Position numbers and translations under genes: made by a program | Notes under the pieces: model-generated | The model's input: the letters and a program-made list of their open reading frames with translations, nothing else | The model's database searches: none | Told to the model about the DNA's origin: nothing | Shown: piece after piece, positions 13,544 through 28,944 of the stretch | Numbering within the stretch: the stretch's first letter is position 1 | How the letters are laid out: every line of letters begins with the position of its first letter | Assembly: GCF_006345805.1 (NCBI RefSeq) | Contig: NC_043000.1 | Location: 108,252,001-108,316,000, forward strand | Direction of reading: 5' to 3' | Length of the DNA: 64,000 nucleotides | Source of the DNA: Octopus sinensis | Lineage: Eukaryota

Positions 13544-14725
13544 GGTATAAATACACATTGGTTGATGATCTCTGCTGTTTTTTAATGAAACATCAATTGA
13601 TGATGCTCGCTGTTTAAGAGTTTAAAGAACGAAGAGGCTTCCGGTTACTTTTAAAACAGTAACTGCAAGACGTTAGAGCATCTTTTACTGTATAGTAATG
13701 TCATACGAGTGAAAATTTCCCGTTATAAATTTGAATTTATATTGTCATTATATTCTATTTATTTTCTCATGTTTTACAGATAACTCATTCTGATGTTGTC
13801 AATGATTTTTTTCTATATTTTCCATGTTGAACTGTCAATGACAGACAATATCAGTTAGCGTGCCAAAATATACAAGTTATGAAATTAAAACATAGTCGAA
13901 AATACTATATTGCAGACATACAATAGAGTGTCAATAAAAACTGAAATCACGTGTTTAAGAATATCAATTTTTTTTTTTTTTCAATAATCAAGAAAGTCAC
14001 AAGATGATAGTTTGCCTCTTAAATGAGTTTTGTGCTATTAATTTGTTTCTCATTTGGACAGTTATATATGTCTCTGGCTAATCAGCTTATGATTTAAAAG
14101 ATTATGTATTAATTCTTGTAGACACGTATGTTTTAATTGGATGTAATTAAATCGCGTACATAATTCAAGTGGCGTTTAATAAAGTTTACAGCTGGCATTT
14201 AAAAAGATGTCCTCAAGATATTTAGCTATCGTAATAAAATGGACAAATAATGTAGATCTGTAATATAAGATTGTAAAAACGCAGCTTAGTGTTGGTGTTT
14301 ATTTAGAAACGAGCATACGCCAAGAAATACACACACACACACACACACATAGTTTTTTGTTCAGTTAAGGAGGAATCAACAAAAATATACGCCATCCAGT
14401 GAGAGAAAGATATCATTTAATGTAGATATTATTAAAATAAGACCTACGAGTAGATTCTTGCCATGGAGATACAGTAACTAGGAAAATTTATATAACGTCT
14501 TGTGTCTTCAAGCAATCACCATGGTCAGGGTACATGGTTAGTTCAATTTGAAAAATCAGGACGATCGTACATGAGAAACCATGAGAAAAAAATCGAGAAG
14601 GTTTGGGCAAAAAGTAGAATGAGATGACAAAAGCTGGATAAAAATCGAAAAAAGGAAAGGAAAGAAGAAAGAAAATTAAGAGTTACCTCACACTTGACCG
14701 TCCAAATTACACACACACACACACA

Positions 14726-14759
<34 letters not shown>

Positions 14760-14782
14760 TACACACAAACACACAAACACAC

Positions 14783-14938
14783 GTGACTTTCAGTTTCTGT
14801 CTGCAAAATTCACTAACAAGGCTTTGCTCGGATTCCGGCTATAGTAGAAGGCACATATCCAAGGCTCCACGCAGGGGACTGAACCTGAATACATGTGGTT
14901 GTGAAGCTATCTTCTTACCAGACAATCACGCATGCGCC
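14783..14938 (-). mobile_element. SINE family A, 5' half, diverged
   Basis: TTTCAGTTTCTGTCTG..AAGGCTTTG..GGGGACTGAACCTG. Confidence 0.8.
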
Positions 14939-16142
14939 TATTATAGAAATGTTCGTAATACCAATGATCCAAAGCCTAATCTTTAATATTTAGTTTCGTA
15001 ATTTTCTAATTGAATAAAAATAGCGCCGAAGTTTGCGTTTAAATGTATATCGTAATAGTTGACAAAATTTTCAGATCTCCTGCTATCACTTACCAACATC
15101 TATTTGAAACAAAACAACAAAGAAAAATCTCGCTCTTCCGCTTTGGAAAGTGTTTATTTTCGTCCGTTCAGCAATATACTTCAACAGTTTCTCTCCTTCA
15201 AATACCACTACCACCACCACTGCTACCACATTGAAGATAAGATAGCGATGAAAAGAAAAAAAAAAAAAAACGAAAACAATAACTATTAAATAAAATAAAA
15301 ATCAAGAGATATTTATCGCTTAAATAGTGTATAGATTATGCGCAATGTTCTACATAGGTTACCATTAGAAGTTAGCCTGCAGTAACAGAATTTTAAAATC
15401 GATCGGTCATTTATTTTATGTTGGTATTTTGCTGGTAGGGAACTTACTATTTTTACTGTTTTTACGACATTCTTTCCCTTTTTGTTTCAAGGTTTGAGTG
15501 CTTCCTTAAACTTAGTATATGCTGGCTATGGTTTTATGACAGAGATTACTGTTAAGCTATAACGACAGAATATATTTAAAGTGTACATGCAGGTTATGAG
15601 ACTTCATATAATTGTAAAAAGCAATATTGCTTTCGACATCAAACTGAAAAGCCGTAAAATATTCTCTCGGTATTCCAACCTATACTATAAGACTGCTTAA
15701 TGTGTTCTGATCATAGGAGAAATAAGATAAAAGAGAAAGAGAGAAAATAAAAGAACAAACAATGAAAGACCGAAAAATATTGTTTGAGGAAGACATTCCA
15801 TTTATCAGATTAGTCACAATTGTAGTTGATGCGTCGAGCACGAATACCGGTAAGTATATTGGTTCCTTTTGGCTAAAGCACAAGCTTTCTATAGAGAAAA
15901 GTCTGAATTCGTAATATATATGACTTCTCCTTGAGTTAAGTGAAATGACTAATATCTGTCTAGGAAAATGCGTCGAACAATATACATTCATATATGCAGG
16001 TATAAATACACGCATAGACAGATATATCATGTGTGTGTGTGTGTACATGTGTATGTGTATGTGTATGTATATCAATATGTACCCGTGTGTATGTGAATAT
16101 AAATATATATATGCAAATATTTATTTGTATGCATACCTGTAT

Positions 16143-16178
<36 letters not shown>

Positions 16179-16711
16179 ATATACAAGTATGTTTAATATA
16201 TATATATATACATATATACATATGAATGGTATATATGTGTTTATGAATGTATATGTATATATAAGTATTAATGTATTTGTATACTTATGTAAGCATATAC
16301 GAATGTTTGTGTATAACGGGTAAAATAAATCAAAAGCCGTATAAGAAATACATGTGAACGGGTGAGTACATGTATGCGTTAGTGTATGTCTTCGTGTGTG
16401 TGGGTGTTTGCGCGTGAGCATATGTGCGTAAATAAGGAAGGTTAGCTGACTAAATACACCCACACATATCGTAAAGAAGAGACAACTTAATACTGTATAT
16501 AACAAAATGTTTAATCCAAGAATTGGAAAGATCAATAAATCTCAACGACTGTCAGTTTCATTGTACGTTTTTTTTTTCAGTCAAGAGATTGGCGGCAATG
16601 AAACCGCCAGTTACTTTGATATATTCTCCTGCTAACACCTAACGAAGATGTGAATACACACAAATAGACATGGATGCATAGACACACAAACATGTATATA
16701 TATATATATAT

Positions 16712-16943
16712 TTCTTTACTACCCACAAGGGGCTAAACACAGAGGGGACAAACAAGGACAGACAAACGGATTAAGTCGATTATATCAACCCCAGTGCGTA
16801 ACTGGTACTTAATTTATCGACCCCGAAAGGATGAAAGGCAAAGTCGACCTCGGCGGAATTTGAACTCAGAGCGTAAGGGCAGACCAAATACCGCTAGACA
16901 TTTCGCCCGGCGTGCTAACGTTTCTGCCAGCTCGCCGCCTTTA
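16712..16943 (-). mobile_element. SINE family B, full length, in (TA)n
   Basis: Reverse complement of 13311-13543. Confidence 0.93.
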
Positions 16944-16981
16944 TATATATAATTTTATATATATAATTATATATATATAAT

Positions 16982-17564
16982 TTTATTCTTTCATCTGTTC
17001 CAGTCATTTGACTGCGGCCATGCTGGAGCACCGCCTTTAATCGGACAACTCGACCCCAGGACTTATTCTTTGGAAGCCTAGCACTCATTCTATCGCTTCC
17101 TTTTGCCGAACCGCGAAGTTACGACATCGTAAATATAGCAACATCGGTTGTCAACCGATGGTGGGGACAAAAACATATATAAATACACACTCACACACGC
17201 GCACACACATATATATATTTAAATAATCAGAAAATGGAGAAAACCTTTGATCAACAAACAAAAAGATTGAACCGCATCGGTTGATTATTTTTTTAATATA
17301 GGACATGACATAACATTTCTTACGGCCGATTCCGCGTCCAATGTTAGTTATTGCTTACGAAAGAAATTCCGAAAAGAATATTCGTCATTCTCATCGCACA
17401 TTCGATATGGAGCTTCATCAAAAAGTTTCCTCCATTTTCTGATTATTTAAATTTGATTCGCGATAAACTTTTGGTTATTCTTTTGTTACTTATACCCTAC
17501 GAGCAGTGTGCCTACATACCCATGCCCAGGGATAGCACAGGTTACTGGAAACACTAAATCTCTT

Positions 17565-17600
<36 letters not shown>

Positions 17601-17762
17601 GATGGGCTCCTTTCAGTTTCTGTCTAACATCCACTTAAAAGGCTTTGGTCAGCCCGAGACTATAGCAGAGGACATTTATTCAAAGTGACACGGGGTAGGA
17701 CTGAACCCGGAACCATGTGGCTGGGAAGAAAGCTTCTTACCACACAGCCACTCCTGCGCCTA
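16982..17762 (-). mobile_element. SINE family A split at its internal microsatellite (3' half 16982-17210, 5' half 17598-17762)
   Basis: Both halves are collinear with the consensus. The intervening sequence includes a MITE. Confidence 0.75.
17217..17452. mobile_element. MITE-like element with ~33-36-bp TIRs
   Basis: ATTTAAATAATCAGAAAATGGAGAAAACCTTTGAT versus reverse complement of ATCAAAAAGTTTCCTCCATTTTCTGATTATTTAAAT. No ORF. Confidence 0.75.
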
Positions 17763-17781
17763 TACACACACACATATATGT

Positions 17782-18104
17782 CTTTTATCCTTTAGTCTTT
17801 TGTTTCAATCATTTGATTGCGACCACGCTCGGAAAGCCTTGAAATTTTAGTTGAACTTATTTTTTTAAAGCCTCACACTTACTCTATCGAAATCTTTTGC
17901 CGAACCGCCAATGTAAAGGGTCGTAAACATACCAGTACCAGCTTTCAAGAGGTGGTTAGGGACAAACATAGACACAAAACACCCTTCACACATACTCGCA
18001 CACATATACAAATATACACACAATCACGCACAATTACATACACATATATACGTACGTATGTACGACGTCTTCTTTCAGTTTCCGTCTATCAAATCCACTC
18101 ACAA
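17782..18104 (-). mobile_element. SINE family A, diverged, 5'-truncated
   Basis: Collinear with the consensus up to AATCCACTCACAAG. Confidence 0.75.
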
Positions 18105-18149
18105 GTGCAGTATCATTAGGCTAAACGACCAATGATAAAAAGAACAAGT

Positions 18150-18150
18150 G

Positions 18151-18203
<53 letters not shown>

Positions 18204-18430
18204 TAATTCGTTTATTGACCACAGGGGATAAGAAAAATCAAATAAAACATGTAAGGACAAAATACGGGACGAAAGTTACAAAAAGGTTTTTGCCCGTTTG
18301 AAAAGTTCGTGTAAAAATGCAAGATAACAACGAAAATATAACACGTAAAAACTCCCATAGGACGTACGGTGAAACTTCGCAGGTCGATATTTCAAGGAAA
18401 CTCAATTACCTTTCGGCATTGCATTAATCC
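18150..18430 (-). mobile_element. Probable non-LTR retrotransposon 3' UTR with (ATT)n tail
   Basis: Minus strand ends CCCCTGTGGTCAATAAACGAATT followed by (ATT)n. No protein motif recovered. Confidence 0.35.
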
Positions 18431-18757
18431 CTGTGACAAGCAAATAGAACACATACGCCATCAAAAACCAAAAAGGAAAAAAAAAATCACAGATTTTTTT
18501 TTAATGCCATACGATAGTGGCTTGAGTAAGAAATTTTTCGAAAAATTGAAAATATCAGCATCTAGCCAGAAAGATTGTGACATTGTGAAAGGCAAATGCG
18601 ACAATTCTTCCTGAAGATAATTGGTGCACTTACCAGAACTTGTTATCTACTAATGTAGTATCTACTAATGTTGTATGCAATAGCTTTATATCAACATGAA
18701 CAAAAACAAGAGCTGCAACATCAATAATAATACGTTGTAGTTGTAGTAGTAATTGTG

Positions 18758-18815
<58 letters not shown>

Positions 18816-18897
18816 CGGTGGTGGTTTTAGTAGTAGTAGTTTAGTCCCAGTTGAAAGTACTTATGAACAAAAGAACTGAAGCGATTGCCATATTAAT

Positions 18898-18932
<35 letters not shown>

Positions 18933-19001
18933 ATGTGTGTGTGAGTGTGTATGTGTGTGTATGTATGTGTGTATGTGTGCTTGTGTGTCTGTGTGTGTTT
19001 G

Positions 19002-19214
19002 AAAGGTAACGAGCAAACTGAATCGGTAGTACGCCTGACAAAATGTTTAGCAGCATTTCGTCCGTCCTTGTGTTCTGAGTTCAAATGCCGCCAAGGTCGA
19101 CTTCACTTTGCAGTCTTACAGAATCGATAAAATAAGTATCAGCTGAGTACTGAGGTCGATGTAATCGACTTACCCCCTTCCTCAAAATTGCTGGCCATAT
19201 GTCCAAATTTGAAA
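19002..19214 (+). mobile_element. SINE family B variant (tail CCTCAAAATTGCTGGCC..AAATTTGAAAC)
   Basis: TGAGTTCAAATGCCGCCAAGGTCGACTT..CGATAAAATAAGTATCAG..GGTCGATGTAATCGACTT. Confidence 0.8.
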
Positions 19215-20254
19215 CGCATATATGTAAGGACACAGTCCAAATTCTCATAGGTGTTTTTTTTAACACTGTATGTAATGATTTGAGGGAGAGTCGTTTGATA
19301 TTTTCATCAGATTGACCAACCATGTAGAGGCATCATAGTAAGCCTCTGCACCCGCGTTGGCACATGAATCCGAGTTGGCTGTTGGAGGTGTGTGTAGAGT
19401 AGGACTGTTTGAAGCAGAGTAGAGATAAAGACACTAAAAATATGGAAGTGACATTCGCAAGAACAAAAGATTTCTGTTTTGATTGGTTTGAAAAATTATC
19501 TTTTGCCAGATAACATTCAGAACGAATCAATCCATCTCTAAACAAAAGTGACACGGTAGCGGGCATTTACATAAAAGGATTTCGAAATAATTAACGCTTT
19601 TCTGTTCTCTTCTTTGCCAACAAACAGCTTTGCCAACAGGACTAGAAGCACTTGGCGTAAAACCATTTGCAAAGTGCGTCTTATGAATCACAAAGAAACA
19701 ATTACGCGCCAATTCTCTAGATTGCAAATTTTTTCTTCTCTTGCGTTGTATAATAATTGCTTTCAGTTTTCAACATATATATATATGAAATACAGAAGAA
19801 CAAAAGTACGGAAAAGCAACTGCAACACAGTCAGTAAATAAGCGTGTGAGACAGGGTCGATAACATGACAGGTTTTACGTTAAATTAATCGAGTAGTAAA
19901 TAAAGAACATTGTATGCCAAAATTGGGAATATTGATCGGAAATGAAGATTTGGCTATAGTTTGTAGAAAAGGATTAATTTAAATATTTACAAGTTTAATG
20001 AGAGACTAACACAGCTCATCTGGAAATTTAATCAATTTATGTGTGTATCTATGTATGTGGTGTCTGTATATGTGTATGCATGTGTTGTATGTATATGTAA
20101 GGATATGAGTGTATATATATATATATTACAAAATATAAAGTTATATCTTGAGTGACAACAACGCTCAAGATATACAACGGACTGGAAATAGTAGTGCTCT
20201 AATGAGCTGTATACACTTTTGTATACACTAAAAGTATATATATATTATATATAT

Positions 20255-20292
<38 letters not shown>

Positions 20293-20451
20293 CGTGTATG
20301 TGTGTGTGTGTGAACAAATGGATTTACATATATATATATTATATATATATATATATTATATATATATATAATATATATATATATACGTGTATGTGTGTGC
20401 GTATGAGCATGTATGTGTGTGCGTATGAGCATGTATGTGTGTGTGTATAGT

Positions 20452-20539
<88 letters not shown>

Positions 20540-20543
<4 letters not shown>

Positions 20544-20760
20544 CTTATATAAAGTCCGTTCTATCTGTCTGTTTGTGTGTGTGGCTTCTAGGATCTCGGG
20601 CTTCCTCCATCCGATTGTGCACAAATTTCATAAGTAGATACCGACGGTATCAGGGCGTGTATAAGTCTTGAAAGAAATTACAAAAATCGATTCCAGGTGA
20701 GAATTCGATCGATAAAGCCGTAGGAAATCGTTTTTCTTTGGAATAGAAAGAAAGTGTATC
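20540..20760 (+). mobile_element. Helitron-like non-autonomous 5' end
   Basis: TCTTATATAAAG..CTATCTGTCTGTTTGTGTGT..TCCATCCGATTG..AAATTT, the layout typical of invertebrate Helitron 5' ends. No 3' CTAG end found nearby. Confidence 0.4.
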
Positions 20761-20897
20761 CTTATTTCTTCTTTTGCTGGTGTCTCAAATTTAGGTTAAA
20801 TCAGTGGACGGTCGGACAAATTATTTTAAGAAAATTTGGTTTAAATATTTGACAACTCAGCACCGTCCATTGGACGGGGGGAGGTGTTTTGCTTGTA

Positions 20898-20972
<75 letters not shown>

Positions 20973-21299
20973 GTGTGTATGTATGTATATTGGAAAGCGT
21001 GTGAAATCTTTGATGATACAGTTAGGTATATTTAAAAAATGAAACGAATGATTTCACTGATAGTTCTAATCAATTCAATTTTTTAATAAAATAATTTTAA
21101 AGCTTGCTTTGTAGATCTAGTAGGTTCTTTGTTAACTTCGGTAGGAAGATTTTTTGAAAATTCCTTGTTAACTTATCTGGAGAACTTTCTCGCATTCCTA
21201 GGTGTCGATTTTCAAACTGAATTAAATAGAACTACCAGTGAAGTCGTTCTTTTACTTTTTCAAATATGTATGTATGTATGTATGTGAGTGAGTGTGTGT

Positions 21300-21710
21300 A
21301 TTCTTTTATTTTTTATTTGTTTCAGTCACTTGAGTCACTGGATCACCGTCTATAGTCGAGCAAATCGACCCAGGACTTATTCTTTGTAAGCCTAGTACTT
21401 ATTCTATCGAACCCTTTTGCTGAACAGCTAAGTTACGGTGACGTAGCCACACCAGCATCGGTTGTCAAGCAATGTTGAGGGGAGGGGGCAAACACACACA
21501 CACAACATATATACATATATATATATATATATAATATATATATATAATATATACGACGAGCTTCTTTCAGCTTCCGTCTACCAATCCATTCACAAGGCTT
21601 TGGTCGGCCCGAGGCTATAGTAGAATACACATTTTCAAGGTGCCACGCACTGTCACTAAAGCCAGAAGAAAGTAGTTGGTAAGCAAACTACTTACCACAC
21701 ATCCACTCCT
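21300..21710 (-). mobile_element. SINE family A, diverged full copy
   Basis: Collinear with the consensus, including the internal microsatellite. Confidence 0.85.
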
Positions 21711-21751
21711 ATATATATATACACACAACAGACACACGCATATATATATAT

Positions 21752-21783
<32 letters not shown>

Positions 21784-22120
21784 ATATATATATATATTAT
21801 ATACACACATATATATTAACTTACATTTACGTGCAGATGTACATGTCGTGGGTGGCGTTTGTGCTCCTTTGGACCAATCTCAATACACTTATGAATATAT
21901 ACATGTACAAATATACAGATTGACAGACACGTTTATGGAATTTTGGGCAAGTGTTTTCTACTTTGGATTCGGACCTCTCAACACCTTTTCAGTGGATTTT
22001 GGTAGATGGAAACTGAAAGAAACCTGCCGTATATAATCTTTCCCTCTCTCTATGTGTGTGTGTTTGTGTGTGCGTGTATGTGTGTGCGTATGAGCATGTA
22101 TGTGTGTGTGTATAGTATAC

Positions 22121-22162
<42 letters not shown>

Positions 22163-24373
22163 GGAGGGAGACTGAGACCGATAGAGAGAGAGAGAGAGGG
22201 TGAGAGAAAGAAAGTGAGAAAAAGGAATATCCACGTCTTAATTAAATACTAATTGTAATTCCCTATCAGCTGTCAGTCATTTCCATGCCATTCCCAACTA
22301 TCAGAATTGAGAAGATTCTCTTTTAAATATTTGTCAATACTGCAAATATGGCTTCTGATCCAATTAAGATTATTGTACTCAGATCCGCTTCCTCGGTATT
22401 ACTTAACAAAACTAGATTGAGAATATTAAAAATTTTTTCATCACGAATATTTCATTTAAATGTCTCTGAGTGGCTTTACGCGTTGAAACAGATCTGTATT
22501 CTAGAATATAGTGGGGGTAGAAGACACACTCAATTATGAATGGAAAAATTGTTTTGGACATCCTAGATTTGGGAATACACTAGAAACTATAAATAAAAGA
22601 AATATTAAAATTCTCTTAGCAGCTAATACTCTTCAGTAGCATAACATTTCCTGTGTGATTTCCATTTGCGGACTTGCTCTCATAAAGTTTCATAAAAATG
22701 ACGATGGTTAGCTTGTTGTACGTATCTTTAGTTAGCATATTTTAAAAAGCGACAATAAATGTAAAGTGCCGGTAAATGTTCCGTTTTCCATAAGGAGGAT
22801 ACATGATTGATGAATCAAATCCATTGTAATACTCGAACGTATTTTATTTATTAGAGACAGGGAGAGGTGAGATCAATCATCTAATAGTCGATCTCCCTAT
22901 AGAGAAAAATGAAATTAAGGTGAAGGCAGAATTCTACTGCTTGGAAACTATACGCATATCAGCTTCTTAAGAATGTATTAGCCCCTATTTTGTAACGAGA
23001 GCTGCCGAAATATATAGAAGCAAACTTTATTATATTCTTGGTTCTTACTCGAGCCAACGAAAAATCCTGAATGCGATCGCTCGACCAGTCAGAAATTGCA
23101 CCTGATTCCCCTTCAGATTACAGCCTTAACATCTGCAAATGAAAGTCGGGATGCATCACAGCTGCAGGTTTGCATCGTCAGGATTCAACTTGGGCTAAAC
23201 AAAAGCAATGAGATCAGCTAGTCCTGAATTTATTAATTCTGTGAAGTCCTGATTTGTCAGAATAAGAGGCTAGAACTCGTTCTAGTCAGAATCTAACATC
23301 TTAAACCAACGACGGATTTATTCAATTATAAAATGTAGGTGAAACACAAACGTGGCATTCACAGTGGATGGAAGACATTTGATCGTACGTTTTACTTTCA
23401 CGTTTGATCAGAGGACAATTTACCACAACAATAGCAGCCCAGAATTTATGAACGTCAAAGTTGCGTACATGAAGGGCGTAATAACCAGAATCGCAAAGGG
23501 CCAAAGTAAATACAGAATATGGAATGTTAGGAAATCTTTAATAATTCATTTGTCATAGACTTTCAAATATCTAACATTTCCTGACTACTTTTTGCCTGAG
23601 AGTGCAGGAACGGCAAATATATTTTTCTTCATTCTTCAACAATAAAGAAGAATCCAATGCTTGGAGTTCTCCATTGCTCATTGCAATTAATTTATTGTTT
23701 TGTTCAATGAAGTTTGATGTGGAATGAAGTTTGATGTTCCAAAAGAAAGAAAACCTTAAAATTTTACCCTAAATACTGTGATATCTAGCCCTTCATTTCC
23801 ATCTGACTGAACAATATAAAGACAAATATCTTTCAATAGACGCGAAATCAAGATTTGAGGAACGTTTTTATATTCGATATAATCGATTCCTGTAAATTTC
23901 CCTATTTCCCTATCTTGTGTCACTGAATTTAGAAAGATGAAAACTGCAATCAACATTCAATAGGATTTAAATAAAAAAATTAGATTACCACATCTAAACA
24001 CTATAATGCTCTTCTAAATCTGTAAGCTAGCAGCACTCAATAATAAGTGCTGATTTCGTATTATAGAGATAAAAGCTAGGACCAAATAAACAAAAAGGAC
24101 GATACAATCGATGGAATTAAGCCTGGTAAATAACATAAGAATATGATCCCAATCAGGAATCTCAAACTTGTCCCTCAATCTGTTAGAATTTAGCAACCAG
24201 GTTCTTCTGATAGCACTCCACCCACTCTCTTGATTAAGAACTCATTTATCGAGAAATGCAGTCCATGGTATACTTAAAAGAAAACGAAACAACAACAAAT
24301 GAGATGGACACGGCTTTGAATGTTTTGATCATGAATCTGTTTGGTCAAAATTGATTTGTGGTTGAATAACAAC

Positions 24374-24424
24374 CAATAGGGATATAAACGCAATAGGGGT
24401 ATAAACGCAATAGGGATATAAACG
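24374..24424. repeat. 17-bp tandem repeat x3 (CAATAGGGATATAAACG)
   Basis: Direct reading; one substitution in the middle unit. Confidence 0.95.
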
Positions 24425-26777
24425 TACTTTTGTTGGAATAGATCCATTTTAAGGGGAAAGAGAATTTAAGACAAAACTTTATTATTATTAAGTGTTGTTA
24501 CTCAGATATATAAATATCAAAATCTACTCGAAGCAGTAGTGATGTGGGAGTATTGAAGTCGAGCAGATTCTCCATACGAGAATGTATTCTTGTTATTCTA
24601 GTGTTTCTATTAACACAACGTATGTGGCAATATAAATATTGTGTTTCTTGGGATTATCTCGGTTTTATGATATGACATGAACAAGAGAGAAATGTTTATC
24701 GAAACATGACACCGTTGTTTAACAGATAATATGATGAGATGATCAGGTGTATATTCCCATCAGCTTGCATAAACCGGAGTATGTAGAAGAATAAAGATAT
24801 ATAATGTTACGTCTGCAGGCTCTGTGTATTTTAAGATTTGAACTTACAAGCGGTCAAGTTACCGACAATTAGCAACAAAAATATTAAGAATAACACTGTA
24901 CAACCTGATACGAAATAAAAGTTAAACAGAAACGACATATTAGAAATACCAGTAGAAACAAGTAAAAAGGAAGGCAAAGAAAGAAAGAAAGATTTCGTAA
25001 GCTTTTATTGGTGTAGCAGCAATTGGCGTAATATAACATTTCAAGCACACTAAATAAGACACAAGGAAAATATCCATCATTTAAGCAAGGTATTTGTGTT
25101 TGGAACCGGCACACGTGATACTTTAACTGATGCGTTAATACTGGAGTTTCATGATACTTCATTCATTCTTAATATCAAGATATACATGCGAAATACCATG
25201 CCATATGATAGCAAAAGTGTCAATTTGAATGTGGCATTTTTTACAATTTTAAACACTTCGGTTTTGAGGACTTTGAGATATATGCTTGCGAATGCCTGAT
25301 ATTGTACTGATACTACCTTTCACTAATTTACCCATACATTGAAGTATCATTTAGAAGCATCTGTTTGTCACTTCTCCAAGTAAAAATATTATTGTAATGT
25401 GAGGATCTTACAGAAAACAAACTTATCAAGTTTATTGATATTTGGTAAATCCTAATAGCATTCACGAACGACATTATTCAATTTCAATCTCAGATTAAGT
25501 GGCATAAGAAAGGGTTCGGTTGGGAACCAGTTTTACTGCATTTTGGTCGAAGCATCGCGTCATTGAATATCTACGTTGTTGTAAGCGTTAATGTTTTCCT
25601 TTATCAATAAAATAATGAAATGATTTCTTGCTTTCATATAATAACATGCATTAGGAAGAGATGTATTCTCAATTGAAGCCACTCCAGTACATTATAGATA
25701 TATTATATATTTCTTTTTACTTTCTTATAAGGAATATGAAATGAAGAGTCGATCTCACCGAGACTTAAAATCTGGAATGTAAATTCATAAAGCTTGTCCC
25801 AATTCCACCGATTCTATTATTCACTACTCTTAGAGTTGTTAAAGAGTTATTAATGGCACAAGAATTGTAAACGGTAAAGTTCACCCGAGAATACTGCTCT
25901 TGTTTTCTGTCAGTTTTGCCATCTACTTCCCTATATATGTATATATATATCTTTTATCTTTTACATTTTTTAGTCATTTGTCTGCCGCCATATTGGGACA
26001 CCGCCCTGAATGGATCGACTCCAGTATTTTACTATCTCAGTGTTTGTGTGTCTTAGTGTGTACGTGTGAATATCTATACTTTTTATGCAGGTAGACACTC
26101 CGACGTCTGGTTGCTGTGTTTTATTAAATACATGATCATAGAATCTGTTGCATAGTTTGGTATTATTTTATCGTATGATTTTTAACTTTGAGGTTAGTGA
26201 ATAGAGTGAATGTATTTACTTAAATCAATGAGCGAGCCTCAGTCATTATTTTATTATATCATAACCCTAGCTGTAGGTTAGGGAATGCCAACTATAGGTC
26301 ATTATACGTTGCGTCGTAAAGGCAAAGAACAACGATAAAAATATATGATATACCTAAGTAGAGCCCCTAGAGCAGTCTGATGTTTAACTCGGACCTCTTC
26401 TGACAACTGCTGGAGCAAAGTTGTGCAGTATGCAACAACCAGCATTCAATTAAAGCACACTAATGTGGCATAGAGGGTGACTCTCATGCTTGGATAACAC
26501 AAGGTCTCTGTCATTACGTCCTACACACACACACAAACACACACACACATACACAGACAAACACACATACACACAGACACATACACACTCACAGATACAC
26601 ATACACACACGCGCACACATACATACATACATACACACACAAACACACATTCACACACATATGGCCGCAGTCAGATGACTGAAACAAGTAAAAGAGTAAA
26701 GAAAAAGCATATATACATATATATAAATATATATGTATATATATATATGTATGTATATATATATATGTATGTATATA

Positions 26778-26883
<106 letters not shown>

Positions 26884-27486
26884 CCGCTAAGTTTGTTAGC
26901 CATATATGTGATATTAATACAAACTGTACACCACATGCAGTCGAGTGGAGGACCATGGAAAAATTCACGTCATATATTCACGGATCTAAGAGATGTAAGT
27001 TATACGTAACTGAAAGGTCGCACAACGCTTTTTAGATCTAAGAGTATCACCACACTCCTTAATTCCAGATCCTATAATTTTAGCAACTGCAACCTTATGA
27101 ACAAGTTTCTTTCGCCGAACTAGAGTAGCCATCTTATAAACTTTGCCGTCCTTTCCGTTATTAATCATATTTTCTTCAGACAACGAGATCGAAGATGTTG
27201 GTTTTCTTACTTTTCTTTCTTCTCGTTCCTCTCCAATCTCTGCATTTTCCCTCCCATTATTTTCTCATGTTTTCTCAGAGAGCAGCCTCCTGGCTATTGT
27301 TTTTTAATACACCTAACGCCGTGTATTGACTCTGATAGATTGCTTGGATATTATTGTATTTCTTCAGCATGAAACCATTGGTAGCTCTTTTTAAAATTAT
27401 GTATATTAAGTAATATTCATTTATCACTGGATAGACTACTTTTTTGTTGATCCTAACAATAATGGAACAGCAAACTATATCTATCC

Positions 27487-27542
<56 letters not shown>

Positions 27543-28198
27543 CTATATTATCTATCTATCTATACATACATACATACATAATACATACAACATACATACA
27601 TACATACATACATACATACATACATACATACATACATACATACATACATAAATAAATGCATATTTCATTTCTTTGGCGTTGATGAATTGCTGATGGGCTC
27701 TATGAATATTTTCTAAGCTTCTGCGAAACAATAGATAATATACACACTTCACTCTTAGCACACAGATATAGACATTCATACACACACTCATCAACACACT
27801 CACAAACATTCCACTAATTGTAGGAAACACGAGAAACGAAATTGATTATTCCAGTATCTGTCACAAACGTAAATTATACTGAAATAGGAAATAAGAATAT
27901 TAAAATTTAAATTATTCACTTTAACAAATTCAAAATTAATTTTACCATACAAAGAAATTTAATCTATTATTTTCATTTGACTGTTTTATGATATCCGTTT
28001 ATCAAATATCACAATATCGCAGACGGTATCGTTTAAGGTAATAGCAACGAAATATTATATTTTCGTTTGTATGATTTATTGCAATAGCTCATTGTTTGCA
28101 CACATCTGGCTGTCTGCAATATGCTTTTAAGTTATATGCCTTTTTTATTAAACATTTGCATACGATACCCAAAATATGCATGCATATAACATTTCACA

Positions 28199-28237
<39 letters not shown>

Positions 28238-28240
<3 letters not shown>

Positions 28241-28452
28241 TACTACCCACAAGAGGCTAATCACAGAGGGGACAAACAAGGACAGACAAACGGATTACGT
28301 CGATCCCAGTGCGTAACTGGTACTTAATTTATCGACCCCGAAAGGATGAAAGGCAAAGTCGACCTCGGCGGATTTGAACTCAGAACGTAACGGCAGACGA
28401 AATACAGCTACGCATTTCGCCCAGCGTGCTAACGTTTCTGCCACCTAGCCCC
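28238..28452 (-). mobile_element. SINE family B, followed across a microsatellite by a plus-strand variant at ~28670-28850
   Basis: Consensus match; the pair is inverted. Confidence 0.88.
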
Positions 28453-28453
28453 C

Positions 28454-28563
<110 letters not shown>

Positions 28564-28600
28564 GTATGTATGTATGTATGTATGTATGTATGTATGTATG

Positions 28601-28665
<65 letters not shown>

Positions 28666-28854
28666 CATGAGCACAATGGGTAAAATACTTCGTGGCATTC
28701 CGTCCATCATTACGCTCTGAGTTCAAATCCTGCCGAGGTCAAATTGCTGGTTCCTCCATCGGCGTTGATAAAATAGGCACTGTGGGGAATATAATCGAGT
28801 TTCCACGTCCTTCCAAATTTCTGGTCTGGTGTCCAGCCTACAATCCAGTATATG

Positions 28855-28944
<90 letters not shown>

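Noticed and set aside
15809-15849. Exon ending at a strong CCG|gtaagt donor
   Set aside because: The available acceptors give a stop or a phase incompatible with the 30642 exon; no independent support.
23160-23185. Hammerhead candidate CTGACGA-TGCA-aacc-TGCA (minus strand)
   Set aside because: No GAAA after stem II and no stem III or stem I.
26986-27260. ~95-codon minus-strand ORF (..KDGKVYKMATLVRRKK..)
   Set aside because: No recognisable motif, start context or splice sites; consistent with chance or a decayed TE.
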